The position numbers were made by a program, and so were the translations under genes. From contig NW_002060947.1 in the NCBI RefSeq assembly GCF_000150275.1, positions 790,695 to 854,694 of the forward strand: a stretch of DNA of 64,000 nt. Direction: 5' to 3'. Below are positions 1 through 29,008 of this stretch, piece after piece. Numbering within the stretch: the first letter of the stretch is position 1; each line of letters starts with the position of its first letter. This DNA is from Trichoplax adhaerens. Taxonomy: Eukaryota > Animalia > Placozoa. The notes beneath the pieces were generated by a model. That model made no database searches, was not told the DNA's origin, and was given only the letters and a program-made list of their open reading frames with translations.

Positions 1-1003
1 ATCTTAAGAATCATAGCCATGGATGTTATACTTATACTTCGTAGCTGATAACCTTGGCAATATATCAGTATTGGCGCTTTATTATCATCAAGGATAAAAA
101 TGAAATCAGATGCAAAGATTCCTTAAGCCCTTAAAATTTGGTTTAGCCATTTTACTTTATTGCAGGTACCACAAAGCTATGTATTGAGATGTGCTAATGG
201 TTGAATCGAGCAAACTTTGAGCGCATTAATACTCAACCAAGTGAACTATGTCATTAGTATGATTGTATATTAATTACTACGTTTAAAGAAAATTAGAAAC
301 TGCGAGAGTAATGGGTATTTATGTCGTACTTTCCAGCATGTATTGTAGTAAATCGATTGTAGATGTAACTAAGTATGGTTATAGTCAAAAGCATCTAATG
401 CATAGTATAGTCTGTCTAGGTAACACTACGTTTTTTTCTTGAGAAATTCCTAACAGAAATTATGTGAATATAAAAGTAGGGAAGCTATGGGTAAAGGAAA
501 GCATTTATTTAAGTTGAATTCTCTATTACATCTCGTGTCGCTTAATCATGCTTTATACATAAGTATTATTATTACCAGCACACAATTGCGTCTGCGAAAT
601 CAGTTCTCAGTAATCAATGTAGCGATACTGTTTAAATTTCCTATCATCTGTCATTCTGAGTGTAGTTTATGTTTAAATTTCTATTAGTTTCTTTATTATT
701 TCCAGTAATTCCCTGTAGCGCTGTAAAATTAAATCGGTTGCAGTATTTTATTATTAAGCTACCAGTTTACCAAGGGGTATATAAATACGCCCGCTGAAGA
801 TTTCCAGTTACTCACGTACAGTACATTGCTTGTTCTTTTTATTCATTTTTGCTTTATCTACTCACATATCAGACTATGTACTGTAATATGAAATATGCAT
901 ACAAAATTTTTTATATAATATAGATTATTAGTTATATTTGTTTGTTTCTAGCAAATAGCTTTCAATTTGTAATCTATCCTATCTGTATTTTCGGATTGGC
1001 TCA

Positions 1004-2515
1004 TCATCTTCTTTTAAGGCCTAATAAGATACCATTTGCTGGTGATAAAGTAGATCCTGCTGTAATTTGCAAAGGTGTTTCGGTTTCGTTGACGGTCAGT
1101 AACTGAAAATTTTGTAAAATAGCCACTAGAGCGGCTCTCACTTCTAACAAGGCTAAACGTGTTCCAATACAATTTCGAGGACCACCGCCGAATGGAATAA
1201 AGGCCATAGGATGGTGTTTGATTTTTTCTTCCGGTGTGAATCTCTCAGGTATAAATTTTTCAGGATTAGGCCATATTTGAGGATTGTGATGGACTGCATA
1301 AATTGGAATAACTGCCATAATACCCTTAGGAATACGGATGCCATTAATGGTAGTATCTTTTCTAACATCACGATGTGCCATGTAACCAGCAGGATACAAC
1401 CGTAATGTTTCAGAAATGGTCATTTCTAAATAAGGCAAATTATTTAAGGTATCATAATTTACAGAGGTCGTATCAGGACAATTGGAATCAATTTCGTCGT
1501 GCAACTTGCGTTGTATTTCAGGGTTGGTCGCAATTAAATAAGATGCAAAGGCAATGGTATTTGCTGTTGTTTCATAGCCGGCTATAAGGAATACAAATGC
1601 TTGGCTTACGATTTCATCATCACTTAGTTTATCATTGTCCCCAGCTTCGATCATTTGCTGCAGAATATCTCTACGACAGGGTATCCCAGCTACCATAGAC
1701 TTTCTCCTCTCCTTGATGACACTTTTGACTGTTTTAGTTAAATAATCCATAGAATAGGTTATTTTTCCACCTAAGATTGGTTCTAGAATGCGAAATAGTG
1801 ATGGCATAAATATGATTAAAAACTGTAATAAACCAGGTAAACTTCTAAATAGCGTAGCAGCTGCTTCGGTTAATTTTTCTTCTTGCTCCTGTGACTCAAT
1901 TTCTATTCCAAATACGGTAGCAAGGATGACAGACATTGAAAACTTGCCACTTTGACGCCAAAAATCGATTGGTAAGCCTTTGGCTATCGCATCATCGCAA
2001 GATTGTATTAGATCATCGCTAGCATTGTCAATAATGGGCATAATTGACTTTAGCTTTGCAGAGCTAAACGTTGTAGTTAGAATAGTTCGAACACGCTTCC
2101 AGTCATCATCCTTTAATTCTTGAAGCGAATTGCTAAAAGGGCCAAGACTTTTAGTTAGAGAATATCGATTTGAAAAATTGGAAAATTCTTTTACCATAAC
2201 GGTCCTTAACATTTCAGGATCGTTAAACCATATCGCTGGGACTTTAAAAAAGAGAGTTCCGTAGATGTTACCGTACATCTGTAACCGCTTGAGTTGAGCA
2301 ATGTGGCCATTGCCAGGACCAAAATCGGTTACATTACCAACAATTAGTTTGGGTTTGGGAACGTCTATTCCTAGTCTCTTAAGACGACAATATGGGGCGA
2401 TGAGACTTGTATATACATACCATAAAATGCAAGCAGCAATACATAGGAAAATAAGACAAATTTTTCCTAAAATAGATTGAGGTAGGCATAAGAAATTTGC
2501 AATTTCAACGACCAT
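1004..2515 (-). CDS. Cytochrome P450, clan 3 (CYP3A/thromboxane synthase-like), intronless, about 503 aa
   Basis: Single ORF with an N-terminal TM anchor, Pro-rich hinge (PKPKLIVGN), WKRVR, I-helix AGYETT, K-helix ETLR, PERF and heme motif FGGGPRNCIG. First ATG is at 2515; the ORF track starts at an upstream TTG (2560). Confidence 0.95.
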   Translation of the reverse strand: MVVEIANFLCLPQSILGKICLIFLCIAACILWYVYTSLIAPYCRLKRLGIDVPKPKLIVGNVTDFGPGNGHIAQLKRLQMYGNIYGTLFFKVPAIWFNDPEMLRTVMVKEFSNFSNRYSLTKSLGPFSNSLQELKDDDWKRVRTILTTTFSSAKLKSIMPIIDNASDDLIQSCDDAIAKGLPIDFWRQSGKFSMSVILATVFGIEIESQEQEEKLTEAAATLFRSLPGLLQFLIIFMPSLFRILEPILGGKITYSMDYLTKTVKSVIKERRKSMVAGIPCRRDILQQMIEAGDNDKLSDDEIVSQAFVFLIAGYETTANTIAFASYLIATNPEIQRKLHDEIDSNCPDTTSVNYDTLNNLPYLEMTISETLRLYPAGYMAHRDVRKDTTINGIRIPKGIMAVIPIYAVHHNPQIWPNPEKFIPERFTPEEKIKHHPMAFIPFGGGPRNCIGTRLALLEVRAALVAILQNFQLLTVNETETPLQITAGSTLSPANGILLGLKRR

Positions 2516-3586
2516 CTTGACCAACAAATTCCAGTAATTTAATCGATGAATTAACAGCAAGTGAAGCAGACGATTGAGATCAGTGCGAATGTAATGATTA
2601 ATTACAAAACTAGTTCAGACTTTTAAAAAGCTAGAAAGTATGCGAATTCTCTTAGTCAGCAAAATATAGTCATTAACGTGATAGCCGACAATGCTGATAC
2701 AAATTCCCACGTTAAGCTTTAAATAATTACAATCAGCTGACCAAGCAGAATAAACTGTATTGAATTGAATTAATTAATTCGTGGGTAGTATTAAACTACA
2801 GTACTGTACTGTCGGAAATACGTGTTCCATGAAGCTGCTGAAATATTGAATGCGTTACCAATAGTTGAGCTGGCATTTAAAGTCGAGCTCATAAAATAAA
2901 AGGGATCTTCTTTACAAGGATCTATGTGTTAGGTTGCGTCTCATTATTGACTTATCAACACGAAATTGTACTATAATTTAATTCACAATCGTATAGTATT
3001 AAATAAACAAGTGAGAGCTGATCGTAGATAAAGCATAATGATCTTCAATATACTGTGCTGTAGTTAGTAGTGATAAAATAACTTGAATAAAAAATTTTAA
3101 GTTGAGAATTGGAGCATAAGATGAAATTGCGTAGATTATACTGCCCTCAATAACAGAAAGTAGACTAGCAAGGGCTGAAGAAAATTTCTAGTTACCTTGA
3201 ATATCACACAGAATGATCCAACATTATTATTCTTACTGTCAGCAACGCCATTTGAACTGCAAATTACGGATTTCATAGTCATTTACTTGTAAATTCCTAT
3301 TCGAGTTTAGGGTTTAGTGGTTCAATTAGGGTTAGATTTCGATCTTTAACATTACACAGAATAATATGCTGTCTTAAAAAACTCATCATATCAACGCATC
3401 AATTTCTTCCAGTTTCCAAGAAACTCTACAATCAGCGCTAGACCTAACCCTAGCAGTAACTTTAACACTTACTTTGACTTGCTTCGACAGATTCCAACCC
3501 TAATCGCTCGAAAGATCTGGTAAAGAGTAGAGTACTGCTACTACAACGCCTAAGAACTACCCTTGTAAAAGGCTCACCACCAGTAG

Positions 3587-3962
3587 ATACGCTGTACTAT
3601 AATCTACAAAATAGCTTTATACTATAACACAGAAATGCTGTGAGCAACAAGACTTTCTTCAACTCTATAATTTAGGCAAGGTAGTGCCTGAACAGGCTTT
3701 GAAGCCATCTTTGCCTTCGAAATATTTTGTTTTTATACGAGTAAACAACTTGCGAGCAGACAAGAACGTCAAGTGGTCTGATCAATATACGCTGTACTAT
3801 AATATACAAAATAGCTTTATACTGTAATACAGAAATGCTGTGAGCAACAATACTTTCTTCAACTCTATAATTTAGGCAAGGTAGTGCCTGAACAGGCTTT
3901 GAAGCCATCTTTGCCTTCGAAATATTTTGATTTTATACTAGTAAACAACTTGCGAGCAGACA
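3587..3962. repeat. Near-identical tandem duplication, about 175 bp unit, period 200 bp
   Basis: GCTGTACTATAAT...GCAAGGTAGTGCCTGAACAGGCTTTGAAGCC...TGCGAGCAGACA begins at 3591 and again at 3791, with few substitutions. Confidence 0.95.
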
Positions 3963-3984
3963 GAGCATCACGTGACCCGATCCA

Positions 3985-4080
3985 TATACAGTACGTCCAA
4001 TACAGTACATCGTACTGTACACTGTAAAGTCCTGTACTGTACTGTGTCGTACTGTACCGTACCGTACAGTACAGTACCAC
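3985..4080. promoter_or_regulatory. TACAG/CTGTA pentamer cluster upstream of the Furry first exon
   Basis: Dense mixed-orientation TACAGTAC/GTACTGTA runs about 60 bp before the ATG at 4142. A regulatory role is inferred. Confidence 0.5.
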
Positions 4081-4141
4081 CATTCCAATTCGCACTTCAT
4101 TTCCAAATTTCCTTTACGACGTCAAATCTACTTCTGGACAA

Positions 4142-19631
<15,490 letters not shown>

Positions 19632-21659
19632 TTACCTTCAGTGAGATTACTTTACGGCTTTCTTGAACGTATTAAATCTTTTACTAATGGGATAATACTA
19701 ATCTCTTTGCTAAAAATGTATGATTGCTATGTTATACTTTGGCAATATATGCATTGCATGCCACTGCTACATAGCATCTCGATTTCACTTGCAGGTTTTA
19801 TATTCACATATCTAGCTATCAAAGATGTACATTTAATATACTGTAGATATTTAGCAGTTCATTGTATAGAATTTTGCATCAGGAATGGGCTTATTTATCA
19901 GTTGATTTACTAAAAGTGAATTGTTTTGTTCTACGGAGTAGTGTAAGCTACCATTACAAAAATTTGTATGCATGTATGTACATAAATATATATATATATA
20001 CTACCAAAGAAGAGAAAGTAGGTATATGTATACTGTATTTTAAGATATCATTTAATATAGTTACGGCGCATTTCAATTATTTACAATTGTATATTATTGA
20101 AATTAAAATATTGGTATACTACATTTTAGCTATCGACAGCTGATTAATGGGTTCATAAACTACGGCATTTTTGGTGTGTTGTTAGCGGCTACTATTTACT
20201 TTGCTTTGCATATCTCATGAAGATGCATGTACAATAGAACAACAACCCTATCATAAGCTTAAGTGGTGTAACTTTTCAATCATTGATTAAGCTATTAGTT
20301 TTTTACTCACATCTTGTCTTCAAACAAGCATATTGCGAATGAGATAGAAGGTTTAAAATTAGTGCATTACAACGATAATATTTATTTCAATGCGAATATT
20401 ACTGTATCGTTCTAAAATTAAGACTATCCGTAAGATGTAATTTCTACTTGCATGATACGAATATCGATAAATTTGCTCCATCATAGACGACGCCAGCGAT
20501 TGAATGCTTTAGACGGCGAGATTTTAAACATTATACGTGTATTATTTTAAAGATTCTGTAGATAAATAAGGAACAAGAATACTTAATGAAAAGATGCTTA
20601 AATCGCATTACATCTATCTTGTGTAATCAAGTTTATTCTTTCAATGTAATTAAAAGGGCCGATAATGGGAACTGCGTATAATTGCTGTTTTTATCAACCA
20701 AGAATTTTAACCCAATTTTGTTGCAGTTACAGATTTAATTGTATTGCTGTTCTCTAGAATTTTAACTTTAATTGAAGTGAAGAATAATTAAGTTATATAA
20801 ATGCGCATAGAACTTTTAACAGCGATTTCAGCCTAAAATTTAGTAACATAAGCTATTTTTTCTGTAACTTATTCGTTAAACATCCTGCATTTTAAAAAAT
20901 TTGAATATCAATATTTAGTAATAGATTGTAGTGAACATAGACCGATGATTGAGTTAATATAACTATCCAACCTAAATTCGGGTCTAATAAGCTGGGAGTA
21001 GGTAAATATTAAATTTTAGATTTATTAAATTATTAAATATTAAATTTAGATTTGCTTGTGGTGAAGATGTTGCAACCTATACTGTTTTTCTATTACTGAT
21101 AGCAAAATAAAGTAGTTACTAATACCATCGCAAATGATCGCAAGAAATTATACAGCTTATCCTAGGGTTATTATGATCAAAAAATTCTATGGCAGTCACC
21201 CTAATTAACTAAAAATTATACGGAGATGCTAGCCGCACACAATATTTACTTCGATTAATATACTGTAGGTAAAAAAGTTAAGGCTGTTTAATGCGAATAC
21301 GAAAGATCTAACGTACAATCTTGTAAGCGAATTTGATTACGCAATGCATTTTAATTAAAATTGCCAAGTAAGATATCAATATAATAAGTAAAAGTGCTGT
21401 ATCTTGACCAATTGGTTCATTCGGAAAATATAATTGCAATACAAAACGGCCATGTTTGATTATATACCGATAAGTGGTTTTTGCGGTATATTTATCGTGT
21501 ACCCATTATTTTAAGATGATTGCTTATCTGACTACGGTACTATGGCACCCTCTCTGTGCAAAGAAAATCTTGATGATTCTCTAATTTGAAATTCTAATAG
21601 CTGCCATCATTTACAAGAATTGTCTCTTTATCAATGGAACATTGATATTTCATCGCCAA

Positions 21660-22965
21660 CTACTCAGATAAAATCTTAAATTGGTGAATGACATCGTAAA
21701 ATTAATCCATGTAGTAGGTAAGACACTAGCATTAACTGAAATTAAAGGAATATTATTATTCATTCTACATCTAATATGCATTCTATACAAGCCTTATTTC
21801 TCTTGGCATTGATTTCTATCTTCTTTCATTCCTCTAATCATAGATAATCCAAGATAAAGACAATCTAGCTTCACCGTGATAGCAATCAGTATTGTATTAT
21901 ACGACCGTAATATTGTTCACATGGCGCCATTAGTGAGGTCATCACTGTTCTCCTGCGTATGCCGTTAATATATTGATATTTTTTTCGCGGGTAAGTTGTT
22001 AATCTATTATATGAAATTACAATTTATTTTCTATCTTACAACGAATAGAACTGTCGTCAATTTTGCTTTAATGTTGTCAGCAATGTCAATTAATAATTAA
22101 CTCAAGCTAGCATACTGTAATAATGATGATCAAGTAAAATGCTTACATTCCCCATTACAATAATTTAGCCAACAGCGCCTTAATAATTTAACGATACCTA
22201 AGCTGGAATAGTATTAAACGTAGACTACATAAAGATCTTTTGAATTATATAACAATATAATCGAACAAAAATTTTACAATCGCCGTAGTAAACCAAGAAT
22301 AAGTATTATCGTTGCAGATAGCAATAAAGTCAATATAGAAAAACAGATTATAGCCATCATTTATATTTCTATACCATAAAACAAAATAATAGCACACAGA
22401 CCAATCTCCAACATAAATAATATGACTCGTAATGTAGCTAAACCTTGATACTTCTCTAAAAGTATCTAATAGAACAATTCCTGTCCATCTTTTCAATTAT
22501 TGTATCCAATGCCCAGTGTGAGTCATAACATTTATCCATACATCTTCACTGTAGATTAGCACAAAAGAATCGTCCATTTTAACACATCTTGGTAGTCTAA
22601 CTACTCTTGAATAATAAAAAGTAAAACAGGAAGGTAACAAACGCTATGGGGTGGCTAAATTGACTGTTTAAGCTTTATAATATGACCAAACAAAATCCGT
22701 CTTACATGTGGTTTATACCAAATAATGTAAAAATTTATGGGTTGGGGTCCAATATCAATTCCCTTAAGCTCGGCAGATAGCTTAATGAAATAATAATCTC
22801 CAGTTTTTAGCCTTAGATCAACTTTTTTATACAGGAAACTCAAATAAAAGGCATTTAGATATCGTTAAATCCGTTCTTGCTCTCATCCAAGTATTTCGTG
22901 CTTATTGCCTGGCTGCAATTGCTAAGATTGCTGGGGCATCTCGGGATAGCGATAGCTACTCTCAT
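21660..22965 (-). pseudogene. Decayed LRR-containing membrane protein (LGR-like GPCR?) relic
   Basis: Minus-strand fragments broken by stops and frameshifts: RCPSNLSNCS (LRR N-cap-like), TKYLDESKNGFNDI, LSYLPSLRELILDPNP (LRR consensus), hydrophobic LATLRVILFMLEIGLCAIILFYG and IICFSILTLLLSATIILILG, and PLISVNASVLP (TM7-like). Confidence 0.45.
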
Positions 22966-24292
22966 ATACTGTATCTACGAATAGATATGGCAATCCCGCG
23001 AATGAACACTATGTATGCAAGTATATATGTATAATACGATATTAATCAATAAACTACTTGGTTTTGATATTTTTAAGACACTATGGAAGTAAATCGTTTA
23101 ATTCCAATTTCCAGATTATTGAATGAAATTGATTGAGTGATTTAAATTACGTATTAGTGAATATGAATAATGCTGCAAAAATTAACTAGCTATCAGAATA
23201 TCTTAAATTTTTTATGTAACAGATGATATATTTATTAAATAAATTAAGGGTGTAACGTATTAAGCAATGACACTATTACAGATACTGATTGACGGATAGT
23301 CAAAATAGTATTAGATATATTGGCTATCAAAATATAATGAAATTTGGAATAAATATTATATTTACCAAATTAAATTGAGGATACAAATATCTTAAGTAAT
23401 GGTAATATCACAATAGTACAGCATGTTAATACCCATTATAATAAAATAATCGACTAATCAATTCGATTCCTAAATTCATACTAATCTGCGAAGGAAGATA
23501 GTTATGTTTCCATACGCATCAAAAATCTTATTATAAAGTCTATATTAAGAGTAAAATTCTGGTAAAATTGCACATTATACATTTCAAGAAAGCCATCGTA
23601 ACGGCTGATAAAAATTGATATATACTGTTATCATCAAAAATGAATCAAATATATTAAACTTCGATCAGTAAGCCAATCTAAAAATTTGCCTCATGCATGA
23701 AACTATATTCTAATAGCAGTTTGGTAAAATGTATACAATATGACCCATGTTACTCAGTAATTAATAAGTACGATAGACAGAACTAAAAATCGATTTCAAT
23801 ATCTTAATCCCCAGTCTTCACAACAGTAGAGCAGTAAACTTAAAAATCAAACGTTAAAAATTGGGCCAGTATGCAATGGCCGATACATTGATAGTCTCTT
23901 TCTATTAGCTAATTATATATATAAATATATATTATCAGGATACAGTGCATTACTATATGGAATCTTTCAACATCTTGCATTTGATACTAGTCAAATAGTC
24001 TTCATATTTCGTATAAACAATAATTATAATTGATATTTAAGTTAATATGCCACATGATGTTAACATTAAATGTAATACCCATGGCAAGATTATTCTTCAA
24101 TGTAAGGATATTATTCAGTGGATTTGTATCAACACAGTTTCTATATTTGTTTAAAGCTACTAATGTAATAGTTATCTTGATTTGGGCTAGTTACCATGCA
24201 GCATTCGGATTCTTCCATAATGGATCGATAATGCATCAAAGTAGAACCAACTGCTGAAATACTGTATGTCATTATTTACTTCCAGGAGAGTG

Positions 24293-27200
24293 TCACACTT
24301 GCGGTAATGAGGCTACTTTAATAGGAAATTTGCCATTCACTGGTAGTACTTGTCGAACGTTCATGTTAATACGTCCACCCAATAGGTAATTGTTGAATGA
24401 CGTCCACAAAGTTTGTAAACTGTTACAATCATGATTTAAACTTAACACAGGTGAGGTATAATTGTCTATTCTGTCTGATAAAATTGTGCTGGTTGCATCT
24501 GAGCTATTAATTTCCATCAATTGATCGCTTGCAACTACATTACTATAGTCTGAATTTTTCAATACATTTTGTAATCGGCAATCTTCGCAACAAGGGTAAT
24601 CAAAATAATTAATTGTATGTCCACATTCGCACTGTAAACTATCCTGTAGGTTACTGCAAGAATTTCTCTCTTCTAAAATAATTCTAGGCACAGCATGATA
24701 AGCTAATCGCGATTCCCCTGACATAATGCAGATATCACCACTTTCAATATACATAGCAACGGGAGTCACCGAAGTTGTCCGACCACCCAAAAGAAAGATT
24801 GCTTTTTGTCCAAAACTATGTGACATATTGAAGATATTATACATATAAATACTTACACTAGTATTAAAAATAGTGGCTGTTCAGATAGTGAGTTAGTTAG
24901 CCATTAGCATAGATAACTATAACAAGTTATGAATAAAATGTAGAATATCTTACCTGATAGAAAATAGAGGGGCAGTAAAATCAAATTCGGAGTGATCGGT
25001 ATGGCCGCTTAGAGTAGAATCAAGCTTGTAGTAATTTATAATTGCAGCTTCAGGAGAAAATCTATATATAGTAAATTTAATTTATAGTCAAAAAACCCCA
25101 AAGCTCAGTGAAATGACAAAATGATATCAGATTGATTAATTATTATTTCTAATAATTGCAAATGAGATAAGGTGAAAAAATTATATAGTAATAATAATAA
25201 TATATCAACGCACAAAGGAAACCCTACAGTTGCTGCTAGTAATTTGGTAAGTTCAGCAAGATCTGTTGGAAATTCACTCTTTCTGTTGTGATAGTATTCC
25301 TAAGCGATTAGAAAGAAGGAACGGGTGTAACGGTATGATATACTTATGAAACAAATCGTAAGTGAATATAGCCGATAACATTACAGATCCAAGATAAACA
25401 TTTAACTTACTTTTGTACTCCAGTCATAATGATATCCTAAGGTTGTCCATCTTAACTTATCCATTAAGTCATTTCTATGTTTAGTTACGACCTCCTTGCC
25501 TTTAGTACTGTTACCACTGTTGTAAAAAGGCAAAAGGCAACATTGAACTTTCGAGATCATCTCTTCAATAATAATTATAATTACTTCTATTTAATCTGCC
25601 TTAGAATTGAAACAAGAGACGAAAAGCCATGATATGTAACAGAGGCAAATGAGAAAGCATAAAGGACACATGACTATCTTCTATTTTACATACCAGCAAT
25701 AATGGCTAATATTCCACAAGTTCTCATCTACACCAAACGAATACTGGGCATCTAAATTTGTCTTACTTGGATAGGTATGAAAATTTTTTAAGCAACGTTT
25801 AATCCAATAACGCTGTCCGCAATTTAGGAAAGGATTGCGTATATATATAAATCCTATTCGATAGATAATTATAATAGTTACAAGAACGAAATATTTCAAA
25901 CTATGGTAACAATTTTATAGTCTTTTTAGCTATTGCATTGTCTGACTCAGCATTTAATTTTGTAGGCTAGTTTTTTAATTTTATTTTATGAAAAGCTGCG
26001 TAATAAGCCTAGATTAGAATTATCTCGTGGCATTTGTAATCAACTGTAAGTTCCAAAATCGTTTTATATGCGAAACTTCTGTCATCTCAAGCTAGTAAAA
26101 TTTTAGATTCTATGATAAATAGCTTCATCTTGGTTTTTTGTTATTAAGTTATACGTGTAAGTAGCTTTATTATGGACATATACCGAGCAACATTGATTAC
26201 AGTCCTATCTGTAAGACAGACTTAACAAACATTACATTGTAATAGAATCAATCACTTTAAAAATACGTATCATAATTACGATAGTAGCTTGGCGTATCAT
26301 AGCAAGGAAAGGACGAGACATAGATTTTAGAATCTAAATCTAGTATTATGCGAACTTTAGGTTGTGCTGTAATTTGCGTTGCATACAGTAATATCCCGGT
26401 AAGTCATACTTTGTGGTAATGCGTAGTGTCAACTTAGCATTCTAGGTGCGAGTAACGTATGTACTTACAACATGGCCATACCTATAGAGAATTTTGCTGC
26501 CAATAAGTGGAGTAATAATTGGCTAAAGGTATAGAAGTCTACAGTGTCTTTTTAATAGGTGGGTGGGTGATGGGGATTTTTCAAGCTACCTGTACCAATG
26601 TGTATGATGTGATTCATATAGCTGTTTACAAATTTGGGGTACTCCTATTTAAGGTTAATTTCGATATAGAGTGCCAGATTTGGATTCGATTAATAACTGG
26701 CCGTAACGTTAAGCCATAACAACAGTAATCCTGATTTACAAAACTATACGAAACTTCTTAATGAATATCTTTAATGTCTTCTTCATTTGGGGCGTACAGA
26801 ATTCATTCTTATATCATTCGAATTCGCGTTCGATGCTTCGTATACTAATGCACTGTAGAATAAAAATTAATGTTGGCGATAAAGCAATATTATTCTTCAA
26901 ACTGCTCGTCCATGATCACTATAGCATTCTAGCACACCTGCTAATAGTGAATAATTGTATCAACTTTATCAACTATAGCAATCATTTTCTATACTATACG
27001 GACGCGTATTTGCTCTATGCCATAGTATTGTTAACATACACTTTGCTACCTGTAAAAACTGTAACACGCTCGTATACTTTACAATTCCAATGTATGAGTA
27101 CCGAATTAGTATCGTAGAAATCAGTCGATATTAATATAAGAAGTGATCAACCTGGAAACTTCTCGATGGTATAGCATTGCCACTGAGTAATAGGTTTGAG

Positions 27201-27551
27201 CCCAACATTCCTGCATTGAGCGTCTGTTGCTGCATTTGGTACAGGCAGTGGGTATTCCTAACAGTCAATAAAACAAATAAATATCAGTCCCATGGTTGAA
27301 CGGATTGGTACCATTGATTCATTATTGCATTTGTATTTCAAGCTAAGCTGCAAAATATGCAAACTGACCCTGATCTAGATCACGTCATAAACGACTCTAT
27401 TACTTACGTTAACCCTAACAGACGGATTGGATAGATGTGATTTTGTAGAGTGGAAATCAATTACAGCTGACAAATCAGGTGGTGGTTGACGACGTTTGTA
27501 ATATTTAAAAACCGATCGAAAGGGCGGTGTAAAATCCTCATCGAGCGACAT
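24293..27551 (-). CDS. ALKBH1: Nucleic acid dioxygenase ALKBH1 (Fe/2OG AlkB family), 7 exons
   Basis: Exons: [33 protein letters not shown]; [19 protein letters not shown]; [21 protein letters not shown]; [13 protein letters not shown]; [17 protein letters not shown] (HxD motif); [20 protein letters not shown]; RINMNVRQV (RxxxxxR). Confidence 0.93.
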
Positions 27552-28744
27552 TGCATGAGATTAGTACAAAGGATAACCTTGGCATCAGCATCTCCCCAAT
27601 CGAGGACTAGAATGTCACAGCTTGATTGTATTCCATCAATCGGAAAATATAAATAATTTACGTCCAAGATTCCAGCTAAATGGAGCTTGACCTAGCAGTC
27701 GGTTTGGTCGCTTTGCAGCGTTGATGGCTCAGTACTTGACCGTGATACAAATTTCAGCTCTTCGTGAGTATGCGCATGTCGGCGATGTCAGTACAGTACT
27801 GGTACCATCATTAGACTTCTGCTTTTGTATCCAGTTTAGGCTTGCGCAGTCAGTATCGGAGCCACGTGATAATTGTGCTCTACAGCTCCAGCATAGAGGA
27901 TAGTTCCTTCTTCAACGTGCCTCTGCTGTGCTGCCTTAGGACAGCGATTTTAGGACAGAACTTGAAAACTAACTACTGTAATCCAATCCTGACGACAATC
28001 AACGAAGTTATTGTGTCTTGGTATGTAGTAGATTGTATGGCTTTGCTTCGTAGCCTGTGCAACTCGATTTAAGCCATCTCTGAATCCCATCTTTTTACTT
28101 GCACTTCTGACGTTTAAGTGTGGTATCGTACGTACCATTCAGTTGCTGCATTTCCTCGTTTGGGTTGACTTGGAATCCATTTTCGCAGTTAAAAGTAGCT
28201 ATAAAGTGAAATACGATTTAATCAGTTTAATATTTGTATGGAAATTAATAAGTAGTGTATGTAGAAAGTATACAAATACAGGATAGGTAATGGATTGAGC
28301 TTAAAGTTGATGATTAACAGTGTGTGTAGTTATGCAGCAGATGCCAGTTTGCTACAAAAAGTTTTTAAATTTAGTTATGATAATAACCATTACTAAAATA
28401 AAATTTAAATTAAAAATGAATTGGACTAATACTGTAGCGCATTACAGACGCTTAGATTCCTGTATTACCGGCAGTTGTTATAATCATTTTATGTAGCTTT
28501 CTCTCGCTAGGAGCAGATTACATGCTGAGTCGCTTTACGACTAGCCCTTGGTTTTCCTCGTAACGAGACATAGCTTAATGGCTATTTGCTCACAAGTGCT
28601 GCCTTTTATTTTCGAAACTATACGAATATTTATTACATGAGTAAAATAAGTAACTTTAGGATTTGTATCTCATGCTGTAGGTGAATTTGGTTCCTGAAAA
28701 ATTTAGGCAATTTTCCTTTCAAACTTTAGTTACAATAAACCAAT

Positions 28745-29008
28745 ATGTCATTCGGTGGGGCTGACGCTGAAGGTCTTGATCCTGAAATTCGTAGGGCTTT
28801 AGAAGTAGAGCAAGCCAAAGCGCGATTTCAAAGTCAAATACATAGTTTTACCGATCTTTGCTGGGATGCCTGCATAGACAAACCCTCTGCCAAACTCGAT
28901 TCTAAAACTGAAAATTGCCTAATGAATTGCGTTGAACGTTACATAGATTCCAATTTGATGCTAGCTAATAGGTTCGCCGATAAAATGAAAAGGATGTCGA
29001 GCAATTAA
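28745..29008 (+). CDS. TIMM8: Mitochondrial import inner membrane translocase subunit Tim8
   Basis: 87 aa with twin CX3C (CWDAC...CLMNC), EQAKARFQSQIHSFTDLCW and CVERYIDS, typical of Tim8/DDP1. Confidence 0.93.
   Translation: MSFGGADAEGLDPEIRRALEVEQAKARFQSQIHSFTDLCWDACIDKPSAKLDSKTENCLMNCVERYIDSNLMLANRFADKMKRMSSN

Noticed and set aside
25860-27150. Nested gene in the long ALKBH1 intron (ORFs 26519-26719, 26761-27117)
   Set aside because: Low-complexity AT-rich translations with no recognisable motifs or coherent exon chain.
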